NCBI GenBank assembly: GCA_963666315.2
Contig: CAXXHG010000043.1
Location: 192,001-256,000 of the forward strand
Direction: 5' to 3'
From: Candidatus Binatia bacterium
Lineage (GTDB): Bacteria; Desulfobacterota; Binatia; Bin18
DNA: 64,000 nt
In this document: one piece after another, positions 20,380-30,378 of the stretch
How positions within the stretch are numbered: the first letter of the stretch is position 1
Layout: each line of letters opens with the position of its first letter
The notes under the pieces: model-generated
Database searches by the model: none
What the model was told of the DNA's origin: nothing
The model's input: only the letters and a program-made list of their open reading frames with translations
Translations under genes and position numbers: made by a program

Positions 20380-21663
20380 TTAGCGACGTATAAACCCTGA
20401 TTCTACAATAGGAATTTCTAATAGCGCACGACGCACCCAATCAAGAGAAAGTTGTGAAAGCAAGGTTTTAATCCATTCACGGTTGCCCCATAGCTTGTAC
20501 TGTCGAGAAACGAGCGTTCCATCCATAGAAAGGGCGAGGCAGGCGGTCCCAACCGGCTTGTCTGGCATTCCACCATCCGGTCCGGCGATCCCTGTTACGG
20601 CGACACCGATATCTGTCCCCAGGCACTTGCGGACCCCGTCTGCCATCTCTTTGACCGTCTCTTCACTGACGGCACCATGCTGACGCAGCGTTTCTTCACT
20701 GACATCAAGGATCTGGGATTTTGCACTGTCTGAATACGCAATGATCGTACCGAGAAAGTAGGCCGAACTCCCAGGGACGTTAGTCAGTCGATGGCTGACT
20801 AAACCGCCAGAACATGCCTCGGCAAAGCTAACGGTTTTGCCCTGCTCTTTAAGGAGTCGGCCCACCACCGCTTCCATAGTGACATCACCTTCCCCGTAGA
20901 CATACGCGCCGATTTTCTCACGTAGCCGCTGGGCCAACGTCTCTACCCGATCTTCGACCTCGTCCTCTTTGCCACGTACAGTCACGCGCATGGAGATCTG
21001 CGGGAAATTGGCCCGAAAGGCCAGTTTCCCTTCATCTTCGGCAATGACACCGGAGACCATCTCATCCAGCCCTGACTCACTAATGCCAAAGGTCTGAAAT
21101 GTCCGGGTCAGAAAGACTTCGCCACCGCCACGCATCTCGCCTAGCCACGCCAGAACGGTTTCTTGCATCATGGGTTTCATTTCGCGCGGCACACCAGGCA
21201 AGACGATGAGGTGTCGGCGGCCATGCGGCGTATCGAGATCGAGCCGATAGCCTGGCGCGGTACCAAGATGATTCGGAATGATAGTCGCGCCCTCTGGGAA
21301 CTGGGCCTGCTTGAGGTTGTTCTCCGGCATTGTACGGTTGAGCGACGCAAAGATTCGGCGGATATTCTGTGCGACTTCTTCCGAGAACGTCAGCCCCACC
21401 CCGGCGACTTTTGCCACGAGTTCAGTGGTCAGGTCGTCCGCCGTAGGGCCTATGCCACCGGTAGAAATAATCACATCCGCATGCATCATGGCCTGTTCCC
21501 AGGCCCAGAGAATACGCTCGGGAACATCACCCACCGTGATAATTGAAGTTACGTCCAGCCCGGCTTCAATGAGTTTGTCGGCAATATAGTTGGAGTTGGT
21601 ATCAGCAACTTTGCCGGTGGTGATTTCGTCGCCCGTACTCAGAATGGCAGCCCGTTCAATCAT
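20380..21663 (-). CDS. cinA: CinA-like protein (COG1058 pyrophosphatase plus NMN deamidase PncC)
   Basis: GDEITTGKVADTN, GGIGPTADD, LPGVPREM, GAVSEE, TGIAGPDGG. Confidence 0.92.
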   Translation of the reverse strand: MIERAAILSTGDEITTGKVADTNSNYIADKLIEAGLDVTSIITVGDVPERILWAWEQAMMHADVIISTGGIGPTADDLTTELVAKVAGVGLTFSEEVAQNIRRIFASLNRTMPENNLKQAQFPEGATIIPNHLGTAPGYRLDLDTPHGRRHLIVLPGVPREMKPMMQETVLAWLGEMRGGGEVFLTRTFQTFGISESGLDEMVSGVIAEDEGKLAFRANFPQISMRVTVRGKEDEVEDRVETLAQRLREKIGAYVYGEGDVTMEAVVGRLLKEQGKTVSFAEACSGGLVSHRLTNVPGSSAYFLGTIIAYSDSAKSQILDVSEETLRQHGAVSEETVKEMADGVRKCLGTDIGVAVTGIAGPDGGMPDKPVGTACLALSMDGTLVSRQYKLWGNREWIKTLLSQLSLDWVRRALLEIPIVESGFIRR

Positions 21664-21816
21664 ACTAGCCCCCTCACGATCCGATTGGTTCCCGACTGGC
21701 AGCACAGGAGAGCGTACAAGAGTAGCGCCAGCAAGAGCTTGAGAGTATCAAACGGGCACAAGAGAAAAAAGGCGAGAGAACGACGAAGGAGAGGAACGAC
21801 AGAGCCTGGCTCAGCT

Positions 21817-21842
21817 CAGAATGGACTTTTTGGGCACCCTCT
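21817..21842. repeat. Isolated end of the MITE at 30192-30354
   Basis: CAGAATGGACTTTTTGGGCACCCTCT matches 30329-30354 at 25 of 26 positions. Confidence 0.75.
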
Positions 21843-21847
21843 TAAGA

Positions 21848-23092
21848 CTACCCAAGGCTCTGTTCGAGTTCCGGTCTGAAATCCGGGTGGGCGATTTCGA
21901 TCAGCGCTTCGGCGCGGCTTCGCAGGTCTTTGCCCTTCATACGGGCCGCACCATATTCAGTCACAATATAATCCGTACAGAAACGGGGCGTTGTGACAAC
22001 TGCGCCGATGGCGAGGCTTGCGACGATTTTTGAGCGCTTGCCGTCTGCGGTTGCTGACGGTAGGGCAATGATGGAAACTCCGTCCTCAGCCAGGGCGGCC
22101 GCTTCAACGTAATCGAGGCTACCGCCTACCCCGCTGATTTGTACCGGCCCAATCGTCTCGCCATTGCTCTGGCCGTGGAGATCGATCTCTACTGCGGAAT
22201 TAATGGACACAAAGCGAGGAAGCTTTACCAGCTCCATAATATTATGGGTCACATCAACGGTTGCCATTTCAACCAGCGTACTCCGTGCACAGAAGTCAAA
22301 AAACTCCTGGTCACCAGCCAACTCGCCAGTCACGATCTTGGGCGTGTGCTTCACGTTCTCGATAAACTGGACGAGTCCCTGCGAGAGCATACCCGAGTAG
22401 AGATTCACGCCTCGTTTGTCAGCCAATCGACCAAGGACCGCGTCGGGCACAGAACCGATACCGAGCTGTACCCAGGCAAAATCGGGCACAAGGTCGAGCA
22501 CATAGTCAACAATCTTGGTGTCCCGTTCACTGGGGTGCGGAGTCCTATACGTGCCCAAAGGTTCAGCAGATTCAAGTGCCAGCTCAATCTTCTCAACCGG
22601 CACCCGGCTGTTGCCATGCGTAACCGGCATATTGGTGTTGATCTCGGCAATGACCATTTTGGCACTGTTAATAAAGTCCTGGTAAATGCTGACAGAAATA
22701 CCTAAGCTAACCGTTCCATCCTGATCCGGTGGAGAGACTTGCGCTACAACCACATCCGGCTTGATAATCCCGTCTTTGTTGATAATGCGCGTGATCTCGC
22801 TAAACCGCATGGGAGCGAAGCCGACCTTGCTCGGATCGTTTTCTTTGAACAGACGGCGAATCTGCGGGGCCGCTTGCCAAGTGACATAGCGAAAGTTCGT
22901 TCCCAGCCCCTTATTCAGAAACGGATACTTCCCGAACGCCAGTCCGGAGTACACACAGAGATTTTGAAATCGCTCGACCTCTTGCTGAAATGCCGTGTAA
23001 AACGCCGTAGGCTCGACACACCCATGGGGAAAAATCACAACGCTGCTGTCTGGGATAGCGCGAACGGCTTCTTGGGGTGAGACGATTTTCAT
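21848..23092 (-). CDS. Acetyl-CoA hydrolase / 4-hydroxybutyrate CoA-transferase family protein
   Basis: QLGIG, INSAVEIDLHGQ, SGVGGSLDY, IVTEYG, IAHPDFR. Confidence 0.88.
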   Translation of the reverse strand: MKIVSPQEAVRAIPDSSVVIFPHGCVEPTAFYTAFQQEVERFQNLCVYSGLAFGKYPFLNKGLGTNFRYVTWQAAPQIRRLFKENDPSKVGFAPMRFSEITRIINKDGIIKPDVVVAQVSPPDQDGTVSLGISVSIYQDFINSAKMVIAEINTNMPVTHGNSRVPVEKIELALESAEPLGTYRTPHPSERDTKIVDYVLDLVPDFAWVQLGIGSVPDAVLGRLADKRGVNLYSGMLSQGLVQFIENVKHTPKIVTGELAGDQEFFDFCARSTLVEMATVDVTHNIMELVKLPRFVSINSAVEIDLHGQSNGETIGPVQISGVGGSLDYVEAAALAEDGVSIIALPSATADGKRSKIVASLAIGAVVTTPRFCTDYIVTEYGAARMKGKDLRSRAEALIEIAHPDFRPELEQSLG

Positions 23093-23138
23093 ACAGTTCT
23101 CGGGTTCGGTTGGTCAGAGCCGGACACCCTGAGACGGC

Positions 23139-24170
23139 CTATATAACAGGCACCACTTCGTATTTGATTCCCTCTCCACGCTGCATCCGGTCAAAGGCTT
23201 GACGCAGATCGGTGAGTGGATATCGGCCACTGATGAGATGTTGGATTGGAATCTTGCCAGAAATCAGCATCTCGCAAGCTTGACGCACGGCGGCCGGGTT
23301 AAAGTGGAATGGACTCGACAAGCGAATTTGATCGTAGTGTAGCCGAGTCGCATCCAGTGAGACTTTGGTGCCTTGAGGACAACCGCCAAAGAGAATGACC
23401 TGCCCACCAGGACGGGCAAAGAACAGCGACTCTTCCCACACGCGGGGCTGGGCGGTGCACTCGATCACAAGATCAGCGCCTCGACCACCAGTCACCTCGA
23501 GGACCTGTTCGCGCGCCTCTTCAGCCGGACAAGCGATCACGCTATACGCCCCAAGCTCTCGGGCGACTTTGGCGCGGGCCGGAGTTTTAGCCACCATGTG
23601 CACCCGCTCCATGCCTAGCATCTTCAGGAGCATCAGGTGCAACAGTGCAAACCCGCCTGCACCAATAATTACCGCCGTATCATCCGGAGTAAATTTTACC
23701 TGCTGCAGTCCAAATACTACGCACGACACGGGTTCAAGCAGGGCCGCCTCAACAAAGGGTAGGCTCTTAGGCTTCTCAAACATATTCGTGCGTATAATAC
23801 GGCCAGGTAGACTGACGTATTCGGCATAACCACCAAACGCCATGGTCGACATGAGTGAGGTACACAGGTTTTCCTGCTCATGTTGGCAGTAAAAGCAAGT
23901 CCCACACGGACCGGTTGGGGCAAGCATGACCTCGTCACCCTCGCGAAAGTTTTTCACGTCGGCCCCACGTGCGGCAATCGTCCCAGAGTATTCATGGCCA
24001 AAGCGGGTTGGCGGTGGCATCTTGGGGTGGCCGCGCAAAAAAGCCTTGAGATCGGTGCCACACGTCAGGGCCGAACCAACCCTGAGAACAACCTCTTCGG
24101 GGCCCGGTTCAGGCACCGGTAATTCTTCACAGATCATCTGTCTTGGGCCGAGCAACATCACTGCCTGCAT
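23139..24170 (-). CDS. Zn-dependent MDR alcohol dehydrogenase (sorbitol/threonine DH-like)
   Basis: CGTD, GHEYSG, CGTCFYC...C, GAGG; ATG 24170. Confidence 0.9.
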   Translation of the reverse strand: MQAVMLLGPRQMICEELPVPEPGPEEVVLRVGSALTCGTDLKAFLRGHPKMPPPTRFGHEYSGTIAARGADVKNFREGDEVMLAPTGPCGTCFYCQHEQENLCTSLMSTMAFGGYAEYVSLPGRIIRTNMFEKPKSLPFVEAALLEPVSCVVFGLQQVKFTPDDTAVIIGAGGFALLHLMLLKMLGMERVHMVAKTPARAKVARELGAYSVIACPAEEAREQVLEVTGGRGADLVIECTAQPRVWEESLFFARPGGQVILFGGCPQGTKVSLDATRLHYDQIRLSSPFHFNPAAVRQACEMLISGKIPIQHLISGRYPLTDLRQAFDRMQRGEGIKYEVVPVI

Positions 24171-24201
24171 AGTCACAACTTCTCTCCCCTCGCCACTCGC
24201 C

Positions 24202-24768
24202 CTACCATAACAATGGGCGGACATGAAAATGATAATGATCCGGAATCTGCCGCATATTATGGTCGAACATCCATTTCGGAAATTTCCCGGTATACTTTTG
24301 TTCGGCAACCATATTCAGAGCGTCTTCCATAAAAGTAATCTCTTCCGGGTTGACGTCGACCCGGTGCTCGCCAAGGACCGCAATCGGCACTTCACACGAA
24401 TCACAGTCGAGAATGGTAAAACGGAAAGGAGCATGAAACTCGGCATACCATTGCGTATAGTGGGCCATCTCACACAAATCACAGATCCGACCAGTCGCCG
24501 TCTTTCCGGTCGGAGATGGTTGAGGGCCAAGAGGCTGGGGCCGAACTTTCCCACTATTTTGCTGTTCTGTCACAAACTCTAGGACCTTTTGCATATAGAC
24601 CCGCTCTTGCGGGCTGATATCACCGATCTTCGTTTCCACCACAACACCCGGTGCTGCACCGGCTTCTTGGTCAAGAATGGTAAACGTGAGCGGATAATGG
24701 AAGGTGACGAGCCGATTTCTTTCCCCTTGGGGGGCACCCTGTGAGAGCCACGCTGGGTGGTCAGCCAC
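24202..24768 (-). CDS. HIT-like protein (CxxC, HxHxH) with internal duplication
   Basis: CDLC, CDSC and C-terminal HYHFH. Confidence 0.65.
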   Translation of the reverse strand: MADHPAWLSQGAPQGERNRLVTFHYPLTFTILDQEAGAAPGVVVETKIGDISPQERVYMQKVLEFVTEQQNSGKVRPQPLGPQPSPTGKTATGRICDLCEMAHYTQWYAEFHAPFRFTILDCDSCEVPIAVLGEHRVDVNPEEITFMEDALNMVAEQKYTGKFPKWMFDHNMRQIPDHYHFHVRPLLW

Positions 24769-24934
24769 CGTGTGTCCTTCCTGTGCGATTTTCAGTCACC
24801 TCAATAGCGCTCTTCAACGCTCTTCCTCATTGCGCGCTCGCCGATCCGATGGGCTATAATACGGGGCAAGCAAACGAATATCAACCTGACCGGGCGGTCA
24901 GCCCTGACTTTTTTGTGATGGGTAGGAGAATTCT

Positions 24935-26350
24935 ATGAGTATACAAAAATCTCGCTACTCTGCGGTAGAAGCCGTTGCCGACGTAGCAGATGGAGCGACC
25001 ATCTTGGTTGGAGGATTCGGCGTACTCCAGGGATGGCCCCATGAATTACTATTTGCCCTGCGAGATCAGGGAGTTAAGGGCCTTACGCTGATCTGTAATT
25101 CAGCTGGATTCGGACCGCTTTCTCCTCAAATTTTGTCAGAAAACGGCCAGATCAAGAAGTTAATCGCCTCATTTGGCGGCTACTCCTACCGCACAACCCC
25201 GTTGTCTGAGCAAATTGGACGGGGTGAAGTTGAGTTCGAAATGGTGCCGCAGGGGACATTAGTCGAGCGGATTCGAGCCGGCGGAGCGGGAATTCCCGCT
25301 TTTTTCACACCCACGGGTATTGGAACGGTGGTCGAAGAGGGGAAAGAAAAGCACGTCTTCAATGGCCGCGAGTACCTACGGGAAACAGCTCTGCGGGCCG
25401 ACTTTGCGCTGATTCGGGCCCATAAAGCCGATATCTCAGGCAACCTGGTCTACCGCCGGACAGCCCGGAATTTCAACCCACCGTTTGCCACCGCTGCTGA
25501 CGTTACCCTTGCTGAGGTCGATGAGATTGTCGAGCCTGACCAGCTCGATCCAGAAGCGATTGCCACGCCCGGCATCTTTGTTCAACGTCTTGTGCAGCGG
25601 GAAAAGCTCCTCGAACGCAAGACCATTCTTGAGCTCATGCGCAAACAAGGCAGAAGCGTAAAAGTAGCAGAAAGTGCAGCAGGGACGGCAAATGGCTTAA
25701 CCCCGGAACTCATGGCCCTACGGGCTGCACGTCTTTTAGAGCCCGGACAATACGTGAACCTTGGTATTGGTATGCCGACTTTGGTGGCGGACTTCGTCCC
25801 TGCCGATGTGACGCTGCACGCAGAGAACGGTCTTCTGGGTTACGGTCCATTGGCAGCTGCGGGTGAAGAAGATCAAGAAGATTTGGATCTGTATAACGCC
25901 AGCTCTCAGCTTGTGTCCTTACAGCCTGGGGCAAGTCTTTTTCATAGTGCAGATGCCTTTGCTATGGTTCGAGGAGGGCATGTGGATAGTGTCATACTGG
26001 GTGGATTTCAGGTCGCATCAAACGGCGATCTCGCCAACTGGAAAGCTCCGCATATGCCTGCGGGGTCAGTAGGCGGAGCCATGGACCTCGCAGCAGGAAC
26101 ACGGACGCTTATTGTCGTCATGAGTCACACCACCAAGAATGGCGAGTCAAAACTCCTCCCAACCTGTACCTACCCGCTCACCGCGCGTGCATGCGTCTCG
26201 TGGGTAGTTACGAATTTGGGGCTGATTCAAGTCACATCCCAGGGCTTTGTCTTGAAAGAACTCGCTCCAGGCGTCACGCTCGGTGAGGTACAGCAAGCCA
26301 CCGTTGCACCATTGCTCGTTGCGGAAGATCTGAAAGAGATGGAGTTTTGA
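24935..26350 (+). CDS. Fused 3-oxoacid CoA-transferase (A and B subunits)
   Basis: PQGTLVERIRAGGAGIP, ARNFNP, NLGIGMP, HAENG (catalytic Glu), GGAMDL. Confidence 0.93.
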   Translation: MSIQKSRYSAVEAVADVADGATILVGGFGVLQGWPHELLFALRDQGVKGLTLICNSAGFGPLSPQILSENGQIKKLIASFGGYSYRTTPLSEQIGRGEVEFEMVPQGTLVERIRAGGAGIPAFFTPTGIGTVVEEGKEKHVFNGREYLRETALRADFALIRAHKADISGNLVYRRTARNFNPPFATAADVTLAEVDEIVEPDQLDPEAIATPGIFVQRLVQREKLLERKTILELMRKQGRSVKVAESAAGTANGLTPELMALRAARLLEPGQYVNLGIGMPTLVADFVPADVTLHAENGLLGYGPLAAAGEEDQEDLDLYNASSQLVSLQPGASLFHSADAFAMVRGGHVDSVILGGFQVASNGDLANWKAPHMPAGSVGGAMDLAAGTRTLIVVMSHTTKNGESKLLPTCTYPLTARACVSWVVTNLGLIQVTSQGFVLKELAPGVTLGEVQQATVAPLLVAEDLKEMEF

Positions 26351-26529
26351 CATGACCGTATCTCAGGAACCATTTGACAAGCGTGCTTTCCGCTTAGGGA
26401 CGTTCCTCGGCGGGCTCGCCGAAAAAGGCAGCGGAGGAATTGCCTCGGACGATGCGGGAGTTAGCCGGAGCGTAAACGCGCAATGTCTGGAGACAGGGGG
26501 AACGAAGCCGGAGCGCAGCCCCCTGCCCT

Positions 26530-27019
26530 TCAGTGCCAGCTCTGTAACGGGTTTCCTTTTTCCGTCAACAACCTGTGATACTGCTCTTCCAGGAATCGCT
26601 TATGCTGCTCTTCGGCCTGACAGATCGCATGCAGGACGCGCCGTGCCAGCGGCTCTTCGATCTGTCGCTCCAGCGCATGATAATACCCGAGGGACTCCTG
26701 TTCTTTGGCAAGAGCCAGCTCAAAGAGCGTCTGCACAGGGTCGGCTACGTCATCATGCCGACAGGTCTCAAGCCATTGTCTCACCGTTTCTGTTTGGGGT
26801 GATTGGTCGTACTGTAGGAGACGATTCTTTGGTAACGCAGCCTGTAATTCTGGATCGTCCTCCCATTCAATCCATTCGACAAGGTCGTCGAAATGCTGTT
26901 CTTCTTCTCTGCCAAACTGCCGGGGTGGGAGCAACATCAGCCGCGAGTACATAAAAATCGATGGCTCGGAGCTCGTCCTTGAATGACTCGCTAAGGATCT
27001 TGTAGGCAAGGTCTTCCAT
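26530..27019 (-). pseudogene. Rubrerythrin/ferritin-like protein, frameshifted near 26915
   Basis: ATG 27019 gives MEDLAYKILSESFKDELRAIDFYVLAADVAPTPAV; the shifted frame continues REEEQH...KEQESLGYY...AEEQH (two ExxH motifs). Confidence 0.75.
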
Positions 27020-27059
27020 CTGTTGCCCCTTTCCTTCTTAGGTGCGCGCTCTCTCCGCG

Positions 27060-27087
27060 GCCCTTCATCATGTTACTGATGAAGGGC
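27060..27087. terminator. Hairpin downstream of hpf
   Basis: GCCCTTCATCA-tgttac-TGATGAAGGGC, an 11-bp perfect stem. Confidence 0.55.
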
Positions 27088-27177
27088 AAGTGCGGGACAG
27101 CCGGCCTCTCGCACCCTCTTCTCAGTCCGACGGCCTAACAGCAAATGAAACATTCCGGTGAAGTGGTTCCGAGCGCA

Positions 27178-27528
27178 TCAATGCCAGGCTTCTGCCAGTA
27201 CGGAATGGGTTTTCACCGCACCGCGTTGTTGGCGCGTGTAGTCTTGCAACTGGCGCGTGAGGGCATCAAAGGCGTCACGGATAGCGACTTTGAGATCCTG
27301 GTTTTCGTGATGATTCACCACAAGTTCCGAACCGGGAACGGTCAGATCAATCCGAACCTTATAGGATTTACTCTTCCAGTGGTGATGCGTTGGTGATTCA
27401 ACGACCACTCGGCAGCGCGTAATACGGCTATAAAAAGTGCCGAGCTTTTCTGCCTTCCCACGAATGGTTGTCGCCAGGCTTTTAGAAAGATGAAGATCGC
27501 GAGAAACGATTTGCACTGGAAGTTGCAT
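27178..27528 (-). CDS. HPF/RaiA family ribosome-associated protein
   Basis: MQLPVQI...ITRCRVVVE...VRIDLTVPG...AIRDAFDALTRQL. Confidence 0.88.
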   Translation of the reverse strand: MQLPVQIVSRDLHLSKSLATTIRGKAEKLGTFYSRITRCRVVVESPTHHHWKSKSYKVRIDLTVPGSELVVNHHENQDLKVAIRDAFDALTRQLQDYTRQQRGAVKTHSVLAEAWH

Positions 27529-27884
27529 AGTCCTACTCCTCTAGGTGTTGATGTTCACAACGCACAGAAAAAGCTTTGGCCAGGATTGTCATACACAGCG
27601 GAGGGGCACGCGGCTGGTAAGAAAATCGACGGCTCGGAAAAGGCCGTACAATCTGAATATCGTATATCTTTCGGGCGCTTAGGGTGGCAATGAATGCCGG
27701 ACTCGGACAGTCTGGTTGAATGGGTGTAGGAAGTCGGAGCTTCCGAGCTGAGGGAGCGGACCAGCCGTTTTGCTCCTGAGCGCGCATGTGTAGCAGGTGG
27801 CCTCCCGTGCTGAGTGCCATGGAGACTGAGTGTCGTGGACGGCTTCGCCCTCGTCACAAGCCTTCCGCAAACGCTACCGACTTC

Positions 27885-27912
27885 TACCTAACACTCTCCC
27901 TGTCGGAGTCAA
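27885..27912 (-). promoter_or_regulatory. Putative sigma70 promoter TTGACT-N16-TAGGTA with AT-rich upstream tract
   Basis: Resemblance to consensus only. Confidence 0.4.
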
Positions 27913-27997
27913 GAGCTAAATTTTAATTTTAGTTTTTCTAATACATGTTTCCACGATATTTCAGTGAGATTTCACGCTCTAAAGCCTACAGCGAGGA

Positions 27998-29749
27998 CTA
28001 CCAGGCAATGATATGTGAGGGCATACGTTTACTATATTCTCCTCTCAGGTCTGCGCCGCCGTGCAAGGTTCCATGTTTTTTATCAATGCGAATACCGAGC
28101 ACGTCACCTTCGCTCCAAGCAGGTTTGACTTCGACTTGATGCCCGCGTGCTTTGAGTTCGCGGCATACGTCTTCGGGAACCCGATCTTCAACACGGAGCA
28201 AGCCAGGAAAAGACGCATGCGGAGAGAAACTCGACGGAAAATGCGCGCTAGAGAAGCGCGGCGCTTCAATGGCGTCCTGCACCTCCATCCCAAAATCAGC
28301 GACATTCAAGAAAAACTGGAGCGTCCACTGATCTTGTTGATCTCCGCCCGGCGTACCAAACACCATGCACGGCTTGCCGTCCCGCATGACCAGCGTCGGG
28401 GTGAGTGTGGTGCGTGGGCGCTTGCCCGGCACCAATGCGTTAGGGTGACGCGCATCCAGGAAAAACATCTGTACTCGGGTACCAAGTGGAAAGCCGAGAC
28501 CATCAATCACCGGCGAGGACGGAATCCAGGCCCCACTTGGAGTAAAGGAGGCCATATTGTGCTCTTTATCGATCACGGTCACATACACCGTTCCCGGGCC
28601 CCAGTTGCGTGCGGCAAAGACCTCTTCACCTTCAAGCAGAGCGGCTCCAGTCCGCGGATTGCCTGGCCGCTGATCCAGAGACGCTCGGCCGTTATCGATC
28701 AATTCACGCCGGCTGGCCGCATAGTCTTTGGAGAGTAAACCAGCCAGCGGAACATCCACAAAATCCGGATCGCCGTAATACTGCTCACGATCAGCAAAAG
28801 CCAGCTTGGCCACTTCTGTCACGGTATGAATATAATCTGCGCTATTGTGACCCATGCTGTTGAGCTCAAAGCCTTCGAGCAGGGCAAGCTGCTGGAGGAA
28901 CACTGGCCCCTGGCTCCAAGGTCCGCATTTATAGACATCATACCCATGGTAATTAAGCGTAACCGGCTCTTCGAGTTGACACTGAAAGGCAGCCAAGTCC
29001 TCTGCCGTCACGAGTCCTGCATGTTCCTTGCTATGTGCAGCAATAATCTGAGCAATTTCGCCTTCGTAGAATGCAGCACGGGCGGCTTTGAGGCCACTGA
29101 TTCGGTCGCCCGTACAGCGTTCCTCTGCTGTCATAAGGCGGCGAAACGTACGGGCTAAGTCCGGATTGGTAAACACCTGTCCCACATCGGGCAGCCGTCC
29201 ACCAGGCAAGTATACTTTTGCCGAAGAGGGCCAGTGTTTCTGAAAGTGTTCCGCATTGCCGGCAATGGAAAAGTCTATATTCAGATATTCCGGTGCCGGT
29301 CCACGCAGCGCCGCATGCATAGGGAAGCCGTCTTGGGCCAGCTCTAGAGCCGGTTCAACCACTTGGGTGAAACTGCATGTGCCCAAGCGCTGGAGGATAG
29401 ACAGGTAGGCATCTGGCGCAGCGCACGGCCCGGCGGACAGCACCCCGTTAAACGGCAAAAGCGTAATATCGTGCTGTTGAAACCACTCAATAGTTGCAGC
29501 CTTCGGAGCGACCGTATTGCCGTTGATGGAAAAAACTTTCTTATCCGCTGCGCTGTAGGCAAGGGCGGAGAGCTCGCCGCCAAAGGTATGCATATGGGGA
29601 TTCAACACCCCCTCAGCAAGCGCGGCCGCGACAGCCGCATCAAATGCGTTGCCCCCAGCGCGGAGCATGCGCATCCCAGCTTCAGCGGACAGATAGTGTT
29701 CAGTAGAAATCATACCTTTGGTGCCCATCAGGGTCGGACGATACGTCAT
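27998..29749 (-). CDS. Gamma-glutamyltransferase family protein
   Basis: GGNAFDAA, PWSQGP, AFADRE, PGKRPRTTLTP, GTPGGDQQDQ. Confidence 0.92.
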   Translation of the reverse strand: MTYRPTLMGTKGMISTEHYLSAEAGMRMLRAGGNAFDAAVAAALAEGVLNPHMHTFGGELSALAYSAADKKVFSINGNTVAPKAATIEWFQQHDITLLPFNGVLSAGPCAAPDAYLSILQRLGTCSFTQVVEPALELAQDGFPMHAALRGPAPEYLNIDFSIAGNAEHFQKHWPSSAKVYLPGGRLPDVGQVFTNPDLARTFRRLMTAEERCTGDRISGLKAARAAFYEGEIAQIIAAHSKEHAGLVTAEDLAAFQCQLEEPVTLNYHGYDVYKCGPWSQGPVFLQQLALLEGFELNSMGHNSADYIHTVTEVAKLAFADREQYYGDPDFVDVPLAGLLSKDYAASRRELIDNGRASLDQRPGNPRTGAALLEGEEVFAARNWGPGTVYVTVIDKEHNMASFTPSGAWIPSSPVIDGLGFPLGTRVQMFFLDARHPNALVPGKRPRTTLTPTLVMRDGKPCMVFGTPGGDQQDQWTLQFFLNVADFGMEVQDAIEAPRFSSAHFPSSFSPHASFPGLLRVEDRVPEDVCRELKARGHQVEVKPAWSEGDVLGIRIDKKHGTLHGGADLRGEYSKRMPSHIIAW

Positions 29750-29785
29750 ATGTCACTCCTTTGAGAATAGAGACAGAGCGAGCGG

Positions 29786-30094
29786 TCATCTGCGCGCTTC
29801 CTCACTCACCGCCTGCACCTGCTCCTGTACCACGTCTGGCGGGCACAAGGAAAGAAACCAGCGCCCGGCAAGTAAGAGAATCGCGATGTCATCGGCAACG
29901 CCAAAGAAAGGCAGAATATCAGGCACAAGATCGATCGGCAGAACCAGATAACACAACGCGCCGACCACAATCGCCTTGGCACGCAACGGCACCCGCCGGT
30001 CTCGAAACAAGCGCCAGAACAACTTTGCGAACTGGGGCAGGTTACGCACCAGCTTCAGGAGCTGAAGGGAAGGGAAACGCGCCAAACGTCTCAT
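29786..30094 (-). CDS. DUF1232 (YkvA) family membrane protein
   Basis: YLVLPIDLVPDILPFFGVADD. Confidence 0.9.
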   Translation of the reverse strand: MRRLARFPSLQLLKLVRNLPQFAKLFWRLFRDRRVPLRAKAIVVGALCYLVLPIDLVPDILPFFGVADDIAILLLAGRWFLSLCPPDVVQEQVQAVSEEARR

Positions 30095-30191
30095 TATTAT
30101 AGACTTTAGCCTCAGCCGGATCAGTGAAAAATGGGTCTCCGATACTCTGCGTGTCTGCTACAATACGCGCATTCGGACGATTCGTGAACTA

Positions 30192-30354
30192 AGAGGGTGT
30201 CTAATAAGTGTCTCTGTGGCCAAAGCCCGGCTGCAAGCGGCGTGACCGAGGCGCTCGAAGCAGCCATATCCGTTGTGCTATGGCGATGGAGGGCAACAGG
30301 GTCACGCCGCTTGCAGCCGGGTGACGCCCAGAATGGACTTTTTGGACACCCTCT
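30192..30354. mobile_element. 163-bp MITE-like palindromic element
   Basis: 18-bp terminal inverted repeats (AGAGGGTGTCTAATAAGT / ACTTTTTGGACACCCTCT, 2 mismatches) and an inner perfect 22-bp inverted repeat CCCGGCTGCAAGCGGCGTGACC. Confidence 0.75.
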
Positions 30355-30378
30355 GAAGCGAAAGGCTGAGATATAAGC

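Noticed and set aside
19767-21780. LexA box for the cinA-recA operon
   Set aside because: No recognisable SOS-box dyad was found.
26352-26954. 200-aa + strand ORF after the CoA-transferase
   Set aside because: Mostly antisense to the ferritin-like gene, with no recognisable domain.
27077-27155. Hammerhead-like CTGATGA core
   Set aside because: No GAAA closes a stem II; the motif is one arm of a simple hairpin.
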